Below are positions 24,973 to 33,216 of a stretch of 50,246 nucleotides of DNA, in pieces. The DNA lies in IMG/VR virus record IMGVR_UViG_3300047496_000021, positions 1-50,246 of that record. The stretch is one strand, 5' to 3'. The position numbers and the translations under genes were made by a program. The notes below the pieces were generated by a model. That model saw nothing but the letters and a program-made list of their open reading frames with translations, was not told where the DNA came from and made no database searches. The stretch is from a virus. The first letter of the stretch is position 1. Each line of letters starts with the position of its first letter.

Positions 24973-26004
24973 TTATGCGGTGAGCAAAAGCTCCCTTTGC
25001 GACGTCTCAGCGCCAATCTGCGCGATGTTTTTCACCGCCTGCGCGTAATATGACGGCTTAAGCTCAATGCCGATTCCGCGCCGGCCCATTTCCACGGCGG
25101 CAAACACTTCGGACCCAATGCCCAAAAACGGCGTCAAAACCGTCTCACCCTTGATGCTCCAAAGATCAATGCAGCGTTCAATGACGTCCAGTTGGAGCGG
25201 GGAAATGTGAACCTCATCTTTGGCGTCGCGACCGCCGCGATATTGGAGCGTGCGCGTCTGGCGAATATCGCTCCACACGGGCGAGGCGTAGCGTTGCCAT
25301 ACCATGATTGAGAGCCATGTTTCATAGGGCCAATGATCCAACTTATCGCCGCCGTTAGCGATAACTTCGGCGTCACGGCGCTTGCAATCGGCTTCGTAGC
25401 CATCGCGGCTCACATCAAGACTTTCGTCACCAACCCATTGTGTAAGACCGCCGCTGATCGCCGTATCGTTATCGCCGGGCTTGCGGAAGGTAACGACGTA
25501 GTCAGCGAGCCCCTGCCCGCTCATGGCCGAATCCTTGACTAACTGTTTGTGCAGTAAGCGAAGCGATTTCGTGCGCTGCTGGGCGACAACCGGGTCTTTC
25601 CAGATGCAGACTTCGCTATGAAAATGCCACCCGCAATCCTGCCAAAGCTGAATGATCTCCCCGCGAAAATCCCTCATGCCGACATAGCCGTCACGCCCCT
25701 TATTGCGGGGTAATTGCATGACGTGAACACTGGCCAAGCGCCCCGGCTTGGTCACGCGAAGCATTTCCTGAATGAGAAACGCATAGTGCGAGTTGAAATC
25801 GTCGCCCTCGCTGTTGCTCATGTCGCGGTCATAGGCGGAAAATTTATAAAGCCCGCTGAACGGAGGCGAGTGAATGCTGAAATGAATAGTGTCGCTTCCA
25901 ATCCCGCGAATGACTTCGCAGCTATCACCTTGATAAATTGCATAATCGTCCGTGATCAATTGATCGACCACCTTGACGTCATCCGACACCTTCACGCGGC
26001 CCAT
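24973..26004 (-). CDS. DNA methyltransferase, beta-class N4/N6 family
   Basis: Motif IV is HSPPF near the N terminus and motif I is TPFLGIGSE near the C terminus. Confidence 0.85.
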   Translation of the reverse strand: MGRVKVSDDVKVVDQLITDDYAIYQGDSCEVIRGIGSDTIHFSIHSPPFSGLYKFSAYDRDMSNSEGDDFNSHYAFLIQEMLRVTKPGRLASVHVMQLPRNKGRDGYVGMRDFRGEIIQLWQDCGWHFHSEVCIWKDPVVAQQRTKSLRLLHKQLVKDSAMSGQGLADYVVTFRKPGDNDTAISGGLTQWVGDESLDVSRDGYEADCKRRDAEVIANGGDKLDHWPYETWLSIMVWQRYASPVWSDIRQTRTLQYRGGRDAKDEVHISPLQLDVIERCIDLWSIKGETVLTPFLGIGSEVFAAVEMGRRGIGIELKPSYYAQAVKNIAQIGAETSQRELLLTA

Positions 26005-27374
26005 GCGGGGATCTCCATTTTCTGCGTCGGATTGTAATTGGGTTTTTCTCGCACTTGGCCGCGAATGGCTTTCGACGAAAAATCCTGCGTGTGCTTGATC
26101 ATGGCCGCCATCATGCGGTCCGCGTCGGCCTCTTTGCGGCGAAGGTTTAGCGCGACATTGCCCTCAGTCTCAGCGGCGATCAAATGCGCTTCAACGGGCT
26201 TTGTCTGGCCAAAGCGCCAAAACCGACGCACGGCTTGATAATATTGTTCCCAGCTATCATTGAGGCCAATAAATCCCGTGTGATGGCAATGCTGCCAATT
26301 AAGACCGAATCCCGCCACCTTGGCTTTGGTGGTCAGAACGCGAATGCTTCCATCAGCGAACGCGCGCAGCTTGCGGATTTTCTCCTCGTCGCTATCGGAG
26401 CCCTTTGTTTCGACAGCGCCCTTGATCAACGACGTGACCATTTCGGATTCAGTGTTGAGGTTACACCACCAGACAAACGGCCCATCGGTTGGCGTGATTT
26501 CGACGGCCTTCCGCACCCGATCCTCAACGGTCGCCCGCCTCGCCGCGATGCGCTCGCTCAAGGTTTCTGCAGGAAGCGCGAACAACATCCCGGCTTGGTG
26601 CGCCGCTTGGTGATCGACCGCCACATTATGCTGAATGACATTTAGGGGCGGCAGGTCGTAACCATCATCCGAATAGCCAAGATCGGACGGTTTGCGAAGC
26701 ATGACGGCCCATGACGCCATCCACTTCCAGAATTCATTCTCGGCGTGGCCCTTGAGCCGCCACTTTTGCGTCTCACCGCCGTCGTGCGTGAAGAATGTCG
26801 CCAGCATATCCGTGTAGGACATAACGCCTAAGAACTCGGCGTGATTGCCAAGCTCCATGAAGTCGTTAGGCGCCGGCGTCGCAGTGGCCGCGAGGCGAAA
26901 CGGTATTTTCTGACATTCAGCAATGAGCCGCGTTCGATAATGGCCGTCTGTGGATTTCAAAATTGACGACTCGTCCAGAATGACGCCGCCAAAGCGCGAC
27001 AAATCGAAATGATCGAGCTTTTGAAAGTTGGTGATGTTGTTTCCCGCGACGCATTCGGATTGATCGCGAACATGACGCGCGATGAGGCCGAATTTGTTGG
27101 CCTCCTGCATCATCTGATCGGTAACGGCTAACGGCGCCAGATGCAGAATATCGCGGCCCGTTTCGCGGTGAACCGCATCGGCCCACGCTAATTCTTGGAG
27201 GGATTTACCTAGCCCCGTTCCTTCAAACAGGGCCGCTCGACCGCGCTTCAACGCCCATTCGGTTATGTCGCGCTGAAACGGAAACATGATTGACGGAAGG
27301 CCATCAAATTTCGTGAGGCCGGTCGAATGGTCGATTATCGCCTTGGTGGCGAGAAAATCCTCATAAGCCCCCAT
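25992..27374 (-). CDS. SNF2-family helicase/ATPase
   Basis: Start trimmed to the ATG at 27374 (MGAYEDF). Motifs GTGLGKS, ILDESS, QAVRRFWRFGQ. Confidence 0.85.
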   Translation of the reverse strand: MGAYEDFLATKAIIDHSTGLTKFDGLPSIMFPFQRDITEWALKRGRAALFEGTGLGKSLQELAWADAVHRETGRDILHLAPLAVTDQMMQEANKFGLIARHVRDQSECVAGNNITNFQKLDHFDLSRFGGVILDESSILKSTDGHYRTRLIAECQKIPFRLAATATPAPNDFMELGNHAEFLGVMSYTDMLATFFTHDGGETQKWRLKGHAENEFWKWMASWAVMLRKPSDLGYSDDGYDLPPLNVIQHNVAVDHQAAHQAGMLFALPAETLSERIAARRATVEDRVRKAVEITPTDGPFVWWCNLNTESEMVTSLIKGAVETKGSDSDEEKIRKLRAFADGSIRVLTTKAKVAGFGLNWQHCHHTGFIGLNDSWEQYYQAVRRFWRFGQTKPVEAHLIAAETEGNVALNLRRKEADADRMMAAMIKHTQDFSSKAIRGQVREKPNYNPTQKMEIPAWAA

Positions 27375-27514
27375 CACACCCTCCCCCGCCACCGCGACAC
27401 CGTAGACGGATCAACGCCCCACCTGCGCGCCGCCTCCGCATTCGTGGTCCGACGCGCAAGAGCGACGATAATGTCACGGATCGCGGGTGAGATGGGTGGA
27501 CGGCCAACGGTCAT
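27374..27514 (-). CDS. Small helix-turn-helix protein (46 aa, below the ORF-track cutoff)
   Basis: MTVGRPPISPAIRDIIVALARRTTNAEAARRWGVDPSTVSRWRGRV. ATGA-coupled upstream, 1-nt overlap downstream. Confidence 0.5.
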   Translation of the reverse strand: MTVGRPPISPAIRDIIVALARRTTNAEAARRWGVDPSTVSRWRGRV

Positions 27515-27711
27515 GGCGTGCGCTCGTAGGTCACCACGCGCTTGAGGCCGAGCGCGGCTAAAATCACGTCACCAGGCACGCGCCGACCCGTCATCACGTC
27601 GTGCAGATAGCCGTTCGACACGCCCAGTTGGCGGGCCCATCGCGCTCCATACCCGTCCGCCGTTTCAATTATGGCGCGGTTGATCAGTTGGCGCACTTCG
27701 TCCTCATTCAT
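27511..27711 (-). CDS. Cro/CI-type helix-turn-helix regulator
   Basis: 66 aa, WARQLGVSNGYLHDVMTGRRVPG. First gene of the leftward module, next to the divergent control region. Confidence 0.65.
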   Translation of the reverse strand: MNEDEVRQLINRAIIETADGYGARWARQLGVSNGYLHDVMTGRRVPGDVILAALGLKRVVTYERTP

Positions 27712-27712
27712 G

Positions 27713-27776
27713 GCGTCAAGGTAAGGCGATAATAATTCGCGTCAAGGCGTAAAATAGTGCTTTGACCCCCTTGACC
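27713..27776. promoter_or_regulatory. Divergent control region with four CYTTGAC boxes, two in each orientation
   Basis: gcgtcaagg at 27713-27721 and 27739-27747. ctttgacc at 27760-27767 and ccttgacc at 27769-27776. An AT-rich core lies between them. Confidence 0.55.
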
Positions 27777-27825
27777 CACATTCGCGGTGGCGCGTAAGGT
27801 GATGACGTTGGAACGGAGAACCCAA

Positions 27826-28074
27826 ATGCCAAACACAGACCACGGCATGTTTTTGAAGGTGTCAGGCAAGGCCCATGCGGTCGCCAACATCGAAGCCGCC
27901 GCACTGAAATATCGCGAGATTTGGGACGCAGCGATCATGAAAAATCGCGTCATTCGCGGCGCCGTGATTTCCGTCGATGGGCTGGAAGTTTACACCGTGA
28001 GCCAAAATGGCAAGGTTTGGGCTGGCCAATGGTCGCCGACCGCCAAGCCGGTTTTTGAATTGGTGTCCGCGTGA
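27826..28074 (+). CDS. Hypothetical protein (first gene of the second rightward block)
   Basis: ATG 27826 with GGAG 8 nt upstream. The ORF is open from 27787, so the start is uncertain. Confidence 0.5.
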   Translation: MPNTDHGMFLKVSGKAHAVANIEAAALKYREIWDAAIMKNRVIRGAVISVDGLEVYTVSQNGKVWAGQWSPTAKPVFELVSA

Positions 28075-28116
28075 TGCCCCTCACCTACGATCAACGATGC
28101 CAGCGCGCCGACGACG
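28074..28116 (+). repeat. 43-bp direct repeat, copy A (truncated copy of the 5' end of gene 28957..29133)
   Basis: 37 of 43 positions identical to 28957-28999, by hand alignment. Confidence 0.75.
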
Positions 28117-28271
28117 CCAGAAAGCGAGGTGGCTTGATCCCGTCCGGTTGATCACCGCTTGCCCTTAGCAGAGGAGACACATCGCGCGTCTAGCGCCCAA
28201 AGCCGGGAAGCGTCGCCCCACGCTGGCCCGGCTGAAGGCGTGAGGGATGGTCCCTGAAGGAGTAATATCAA

Positions 28272-28652
28272 TTGGATATCAACGGATTAACGCTAGGCCA
28301 GATGCGAGAGATTGCGAAAGTCGTCCAAGGCATCGACGGCAACACCGACCGCGCCCCCAGCGCGTCGCATGATGCTATTCCCGTCGTCGTGTGCACCGAC
28401 AAGCGCGGCGTCGTGTTCGGTTACTGCGAGAACACCAACGCGCGACCCATCACGCTCACCAAGGCCCGTATGTGCCTGTATTGGTCATCGGATGTCGGCG
28501 GCGTGTTCGGCCTCGGCGAGCGCGGCCCGTCCAAAGATTCCAAGGTGTCGGCGGTGTTGGCGTCAATCACGCTGGAAGGCGTCACGGCAATTTTCAGCGT
28601 CGATCCCATCGCTGAAATGGCGTGGAACACCGCAAAAGTCCAAGGCCAATAA
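28272..28652 (+). CDS. Hypothetical protein
   Basis: 126 aa, TTG start 7 nt after gaaggag. Confidence 0.6.
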   Translation: MDINGLTLGQMREIAKVVQGIDGNTDRAPSASHDAIPVVVCTDKRGVVFGYCENTNARPITLTKARMCLYWSSDVGGVFGLGERGPSKDSKVSAVLASITLEGVTAIFSVDPIAEMAWNTAKVQGQ

Positions 28653-28653
28653 C

Positions 28654-28932
28654 ATGTCCCGCATGATTTTTGGAGAGACAACGGAAATCTACGGCGACGG
28701 CTACGGCTACGGCTACGGCTACGGCGACGGCCACGGCTACGGCGACGGCGACGGCGACGGCTACGGCGACGGCCACGGCTACGGCGACGGCGACGGCCAC
28801 GGCTACGGCTACGGCGACGGCTACGGCTACGGCCACGGCGACGGCCACGGCTACGGCTACGGCGACGGCTACGGCTACGGCCACGGCTACGGCGACGGCG
28901 GCGGCGGCGGCGACGGCTCAAACGTAACCTAA
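28654..28932 (+). CDS. Gly-Tyr-Asp-His dipeptide-array protein
   Basis: 92 aa made of MSRMIFGETTEI, then 38 (Y/D/H/G)-Gly units, then SNVT. The ATG is 2 nt after the upstream stop. Confidence 0.6.
   Translation: MSRMIFGETTEIYGDGYGYGYGYGDGHGYGDGDGDGYGDGHGYGDGDGHGYGYGDGYGYGHGDGHGYGYGDGYGYGHGYGDGGGGGDGSNVT
28690..28917 (+). repeat. Hexanucleotide coding array NACGGC x38 (two units are GGCGGC)
   Basis: Read directly: tacggc gacggc tacggc ... cacggc ... Confidence 0.9.
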
Positions 28933-28956
28933 CGATTACCCAACAGGAGACACCCC

Positions 28957-29133
28957 ATGCCCCTCACCTGCGAACAACAGTGTCAACGCGCCGACGACGA
29001 ATGCAGCGAGGGCCACTATCTGGTCGTTCCCGCGCCCGTCGCCACGGCAATCCAGCTGATGCCGCGTGACGACTCGCACCTGCGCGAGATTGCCCGCGAT
29101 GTGGGGCGGATGTTTCGGGGGGCGCGGTCGTGA
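28957..29133 (+). CDS. Hypothetical small protein (58 aa); its first 43 nt are repeat copy B
   Basis: SD caggagacacccc then ATG; GTGA junction with the next gene. Confidence 0.45.
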   Translation: MPLTCEQQCQRADDECSEGHYLVVPAPVATAIQLMPRDDSHLREIARDVGRMFRGARS

Positions 29134-29429
29134 GCGGGACGCATACGCGCGCAACGTGGTTTTTTGAGGAAATGGAAATACGCAAACGTCAATGGCGAGA
29201 GCGCTCCACCCTAGGCCAAAACACAGGCGGATGTGGAATAGTCATAGCGGACAAGCTGCAAAGCGATAATCACGCCCATCTCCTCGCCGCCGCCCCTGAG
29301 CTTTTGGAGGTCTGCGAAAAGGTAGCCGCGCTCAATCGTGACGCGGGTGAAATCGGCGAGGGGATGTTGTGCCAGCTTGTGGACGCAGCTTGCGCCGCCA
29401 TAGCGAAGGCCAAGGGAGAGGCGGTGTGA
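29130..29429 (+). CDS. Hypothetical protein with the NAHLLAAAPELLE motif common in small phage proteins
   Basis: 99-aa ORF with a GTG start overlapping the upstream stop. Confidence 0.55.
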   Translation: MSGTHTRATWFFEEMEIRKRQWRERSTLGQNTGGCGIVIADKLQSDNHAHLLAAAPELLEVCEKVAALNRDAGEIGEGMLCQLVDAACAAIAKAKGEAV

Positions 29430-29752
29430 GCGAGAAACAATATCGCATGGCCGAATTGGTCAAACTCGGCAACTGCGCCGTGTCACCCCTCCCCTTTGGC
29501 TTCATGCCCCGCGAAAACACCATCGTCGCCCTGCACGGCGCGGAATACGTCCGCCTCGACATCCAACATGCGCGGGACCTGCTGGCCGATCTGGCCAATG
29601 AACAATTCGCGGCCTGTTCGTGCCATCGACGCGCGGCGATTAAGCGGAATGCGGCGTGTCTGGCGCGCGCGGTCAATGCCTATGACGCGCGGCAATTGGA
29701 ACTGGCGCAGATGGCGCGGAACACTAAGGGAGGAACCACTAATGCATCCTGA
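29426..29752 (+). CDS. Hypothetical protein
   Basis: GTG at 29426 overlapping the upstream TGA (GTGA); 108 aa. Confidence 0.5.
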   Translation: MSEKQYRMAELVKLGNCAVSPLPFGFMPRENTIVALHGAEYVRLDIQHARDLLADLANEQFAACSCHRRAAIKRNAACLARAVNAYDARQLELAQMARNTKGGTTNAS

Positions 29753-29858
29753 TAAAATCTTCATTTGGGTCAACGGCGCCAGAACGTCGCTGACCGATTT
29801 AGCCGCGATGAATAAGCCTTTCCAGAGGAAGAACTATTATGACCATCTTCTACTATAA
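29742..29858 (+). CDS. Possible small protein (38 aa)
   Basis: ATG preceded by aagggaggaaccacta; overlaps both neighbours. Confidence 0.3.
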   Translation: MHPDKIFIWVNGARTSLTDLAAMNKPFQRKNYYDHLLL

Positions 29859-30516
29859 TGGCCTTATCCAAGGTTCCGACGAATGGCTTGAGGCCCGTCG
29901 CGGTTTGCTGACTGCCAGCGAAATGAAACACATCATTACGCCGACACTGAAGATCGCCGACAACGACAAGTCGCGCTCACACCTTTACGAGCTTCTCGCC
30001 CAGCGGATCAGCGGTCATGTCGAACCATCTTACATCGGCGACGATATGTTGCGCGGGCTGGAAGATGAAGAGTTCGCGCTCACACTTTACAACGAGAAGA
30101 TCGCACCCGTCGAACGCTGCGGATTTGTGACGAATAATCGTTGGGGTTTTACGCTTGGATGCAGCCCAGATGGCTTGGTCAGTTCGGACGGCGCGATTGA
30201 AGTCAAATCGCGGCGCCAGAAATTCCAGATCGCCACCATTATCAATGGCGAAATGCCTGACGATTACGCCATTCAGGTTCAGACAATCCTTTTGGTGACC
30301 GAACGCGCGTGGTGCGATTTCGTCAGCTACTCAAACGGCCTTCCGATGGCGCGCATCCGGGTTTTGCCTGACGCGCAAATTCAAGAGGCCATCGTCACGG
30401 CGGCGACGGCGTTTGAGGCCAAGCTTGCCGAGAAGTGGACAGCCTACAACGCCAATCTCGCGACCAATCGACGGCTAATCCCGACCGAGCGGCGCGTTGT
30501 GCAGGAGATGTTTTGA
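29839..30516 (+). CDS. YqaJ-type (lambda Exo-like, PD-(D/E)XK) recombination exonuclease
   Basis: GSDEWLEARRGLLTASEMKHI at the N terminus, CSPDGLV...IEVKSR. Confidence 0.85.
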   Translation: MTIFYYNGLIQGSDEWLEARRGLLTASEMKHIITPTLKIADNDKSRSHLYELLAQRISGHVEPSYIGDDMLRGLEDEEFALTLYNEKIAPVERCGFVTNNRWGFTLGCSPDGLVSSDGAIEVKSRRQKFQIATIINGEMPDDYAIQVQTILLVTERAWCDFVSYSNGLPMARIRVLPDAQIQEAIVTAATAFEAKLAEKWTAYNANLATNRRLIPTERRVVQEMF

Positions 30517-31142
30517 TGTCTGATATGTCCCCCGTCATTATTCCCAAATCGGACCAGATCAATGCGGATGATTTGATTAGCGGCCCCATCACGATCACAA
30601 TCCGCGCCGTCCACATCAAGGCCGGAACAGAACAGCCCGTAAGCATCGACTTCGGCGATGACAAAAAAGTCTATCGCCCATGCAAGTCCATGTCTCGCGT
30701 GATCGTTGCCGCTTGGGGTGCCGACAGTTCTAAATACAAGGGCCGCTCCTTAACCCTTTACCGAGATCCCAAAGTTAAATGGGGCGGCATGGAAGTGGGC
30801 GGCATTCGCATCAGCCACATGAGCGACCTTCAGGCTGATATGACACTGGCGCTGACTGAAACGCGCGCCAATCGCAAGCCGTTCACGGTGCGCCAATTGG
30901 CCGCTAATACCAAAGCCGCTGCACCCACCCCCACAGCGACAAACCCCTCCGACTACGCCGACGAACTGGAATTTGTCATCGACAGGGCCACTGACCTCAC
31001 CACGTTTGGGCCGCACCTAAACGCGGCGATCAAGACTGCGGAGTGGAAGGCGTTCGTCGCCGAAGATCCCGAGCGGGCCGCGTCGATCAAGGCGAAGGGC
31101 GTGGCGAAGGTGGCTGAGCTTAAGTGGCCCGTGACGGCATGA
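30516..31142 (+). CDS. Hypothetical protein coupled to the exonuclease (candidate ssDNA-binding/annealing partner)
   Basis: 208 aa from ATG 30516 (TGATG overlap). The function is inferred from position only. Confidence 0.55.
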   Translation: MSDMSPVIIPKSDQINADDLISGPITITIRAVHIKAGTEQPVSIDFGDDKKVYRPCKSMSRVIVAAWGADSSKYKGRSLTLYRDPKVKWGGMEVGGIRISHMSDLQADMTLALTETRANRKPFTVRQLAANTKAAAPTPTATNPSDYADELEFVIDRATDLTTFGPHLNAAIKTAEWKAFVAEDPERAASIKAKGVAKVAELKWPVTA

Positions 31143-31280
31143 CCCGCGAACGCCTCGGAACCCTCATCTGCCTTGCTCTTACCGCATGGGCAAGCGCGTA
31201 TTTTCTGACGGAGATGGTGGCGCGATGACCGACACGCCCTTCAGCCTCTTTCACAACCGCACGGAAAATGGAGACAGCCA

Positions 31281-31685
31281 ATGACCTATGACATCGCCAA
31301 CACCGGCCTGACCACTGGCCTCATGCTGCTCTTGGAGGACGCCGACAGGATTGAGGCGTTGCCGAGGGACCGGTTTAATATGCACAATACTGGATGGGTT
31401 GCAGACGCCCATCGCGGAGAGTGCAAGAGCCCCGCATGTATTGGCGGGTGGGTGCGCGCTTGGAGCGGCGATAGGCGGTGTATCGAGGACGTGGGTGCCG
31501 CTCGTTGGGGAATAGATTCCACAAGCGTCTGTAAACTAATGTTTCCTGCCGGATACTTTTTGGCCAACGGCGGCAGCCCCTACACCGCCGCACCCGCCCA
31601 AGCCGCCCAGGCCATGCGCAACCTCGCCTGGAGCGAGGCGCAAAACCCCGGCCACGGCGACCCGGCTTGGGAGACGGTGACATGA
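31281..31685 (+). CDS. Hypothetical protein
   Basis: 134-aa ORF, ATGA-coupled. Confidence 0.55.
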   Translation: MTYDIANTGLTTGLMLLLEDADRIEALPRDRFNMHNTGWVADAHRGECKSPACIGGWVRAWSGDRRCIEDVGAARWGIDSTSVCKLMFPAGYFLANGGSPYTAAPAQAAQAMRNLAWSEAQNPGHGDPAWETVT

Positions 31686-31969
31686 CCCCCGAACACAAAG
31701 CCCTGTTGGCGAGGGTGGAGGAAGAAATCAAATCGCAAGCGGTCACTGGGGGACCATGCGTTTTGACGCCGCTGGAGGCCCAAGCCCTCCTCGCCCTCGC
31801 CCGTCGCGTCGCGGCGGCGGAAGGGTTGGCAAAAGCCGCAAAAGCCATTCTGAAATTGGACCTACCCTACGACAGCAGCGCCAATCACAACGCGGCGGTT
31901 GACGCTGAAATAAAACTTAAGCGCGCCCTCGCGGCGTATGAGGCCGCAACAAAGGAGGCGGGGCGATGA
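31682..31969 (+). CDS. Hypothetical protein
   Basis: ATG 31682 overlapping the upstream stop; 95 aa. Confidence 0.55.
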   Translation: MTPEHKALLARVEEEIKSQAVTGGPCVLTPLEAQALLALARRVAAAEGLAKAAKAILKLDLPYDSSANHNAAVDAEIKLKRALAAYEAATKEAGR

Positions 31970-32256
31970 GCGACCCCCTTATCACCCTCGCCAAAATCCA
32001 CGACCTAGCCAAAGGCGACGTCTCACACGCAACCCTCGCGGCCATTCACTCCCTCGCGTTCTGCGCCCTCCAAGAGGCCGGGGACGCGCTGGCCATGCAA
32101 TCCACTGAGTTGCGTGAAACCCTCGCTGATCAGCTTTCCCGCATCGAGGATATTGTTGCCCCGCCGCTCAAGCTGAACAGCAAGCTATCCGGGCCAGTTA
32201 AACGCCAAGGAAATGAGGTGGTCTGGGGCCCAATTCAATTGTCAGAAGGGGACTGA
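31966..32256 (+). CDS. Hypothetical protein
   Basis: 96-aa ORF, ATGA-coupled. Confidence 0.55.
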   Translation: MSDPLITLAKIHDLAKGDVSHATLAAIHSLAFCALQEAGDALAMQSTELRETLADQLSRIEDIVAPPLKLNSKLSGPVKRQGNEVVWGPIQLSEGD

Positions 32257-32259
32257 ACA

Positions 32260-32673
32260 ATGGGCAAAAGTCCACTAAACACCCAGGCGCTATTGAAGCG
32301 CGCCGAAATGCTGGCGTCGCTTTTTGACGTTCATTCCATTGGCTCCTTGCGCAATGATCAAGAGGCCGCGCGAATTGTTCGGGACTTGGCTGCGTGCGTC
32401 AGCCGAATGGACCACGCCCTTCGCAACATCAGGACTTATCCTGATTTTGTCGCTCCCGAGACGCTAGGCCTCAACATCCGCGCGGCGGTTGACGTGGCAT
32501 TGACCGCCCCTCAATCCCCCTCCGGGGCCTGTATGTGCTTGCCGGAGCAATGCCGTGATTTGCCATGTCGTCGTGAGGGGCGCTGTGCGTTTGCGCCCGA
32601 TTCCCCCACCTCCACCCCCGTAGATGAGCGGTGGGTGTCGCGGGGGCCAAGCAAAGAAGGAGAGGCAAAGTGA
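32260..32673 (+). CDS. Hypothetical protein
   Basis: 137-aa ORF. Confidence 0.55.
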   Translation: MGKSPLNTQALLKRAEMLASLFDVHSIGSLRNDQEAARIVRDLAACVSRMDHALRNIRTYPDFVAPETLGLNIRAAVDVALTAPQSPSGACMCLPEQCRDLPCRREGRCAFAPDSPTSTPVDERWVSRGPSKEGEAK

Positions 32674-32918
32674 GCGCATTCACTTATGAGGACGGCGTCA
32701 AAGCTGGCGAAAAGCTTCTTGGCACATGCGCCACAATTCAAAGCCTAGGCGAGGAATTTGATAGCGCCGAAGAAGACATGGCTTTCTGCAATGGTCTCGA
32801 CGATACCGTCTTCAACTGCACCATGTGCGGCTGGTGGTTCGAACAGCCCGCAAGCTCACATCCAGAGAGCGGCGAATGGGTCTGCGAAGAATGCTGCCCC
32901 GTTGAGGCCGCCCAATGA
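32670..32918 (+). CDS. Hypothetical zinc-ribbon protein
   Basis: GTG 32670 after gaaggagagg. CTMCGWWF...CEECC. Confidence 0.5.
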   Translation: MSAFTYEDGVKAGEKLLGTCATIQSLGEEFDSAEEDMAFCNGLDDTVFNCTMCGWWFEQPASSHPESGEWVCEECCPVEAAQ

Positions 32919-33103
32919 CCGCCCCTCAACCCCCCTCCCCGGTGTCAGGGGCCAGCGCGCACGATAACGGCGGTCACGCGCCCGGTTGTTCAAAGCCCGA
33001 GCCGGAAGGCGGTTACGGCCTCGCTGGCGGCGGGATCGGCGCATACATGTATTGCCCAGAGTGTGACCACATTCTTTCAAAGGTTGAAGATCATGGATGG
33101 TGA
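32915..33103 (+). CDS. Hypothetical small protein
   Basis: 62-aa ORF, ATGA-coupled; CPECDH. Confidence 0.5.
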   Translation: MTAPQPPSPVSGASAHDNGGHAPGCSKPEPEGGYGLAGGGIGAYMYCPECDHILSKVEDHGW

Positions 33104-33216
33104 TCAAATTAAGCATACGGGGGCCTCACGTCTTGGAACGACACCCCCGAACGGACTCAAGCCGAAGTCGTCGCCGCCTTACGTGCCCGCGCCTCCCTCA
33201 CCAAGGACCCCGACCA

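Noticed and set aside
27708-27953. 81-aa minus-strand ORF spanning the divergent control region
   Set aside because: It overlaps the rightward gene and the operator region, has no ribosome-binding site, and would start inside another gene. It is likely spurious.
28690-28917. Whether the short-period arrays could be CRISPR arrays or non-coding satellites
   Set aside because: The period is 6 nt with no spacers. The arrays are exactly in frame within ORFs that have proper starts. This is not CRISPR architecture.
31139-31284. Two tiny ATGA-coupled ORFs (29 aa, hydrophobic; 19 aa) filling the gap between 31142 and 31281
   Set aside because: They are too short to support from sequence alone. They are noted as possible micro-genes but not called as features.
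33097-33216. N-terminal extension of the 33217 gene from ATG 33097
   Set aside because: The extra 40 residues (MVIKLSIRGPHVLERHPRTDSSRSRRRLTCPRLPHQGPRP) look like an out-of-frame reading. A different frame over the same DNA is more protein-like (see the finding at 33104-33220).
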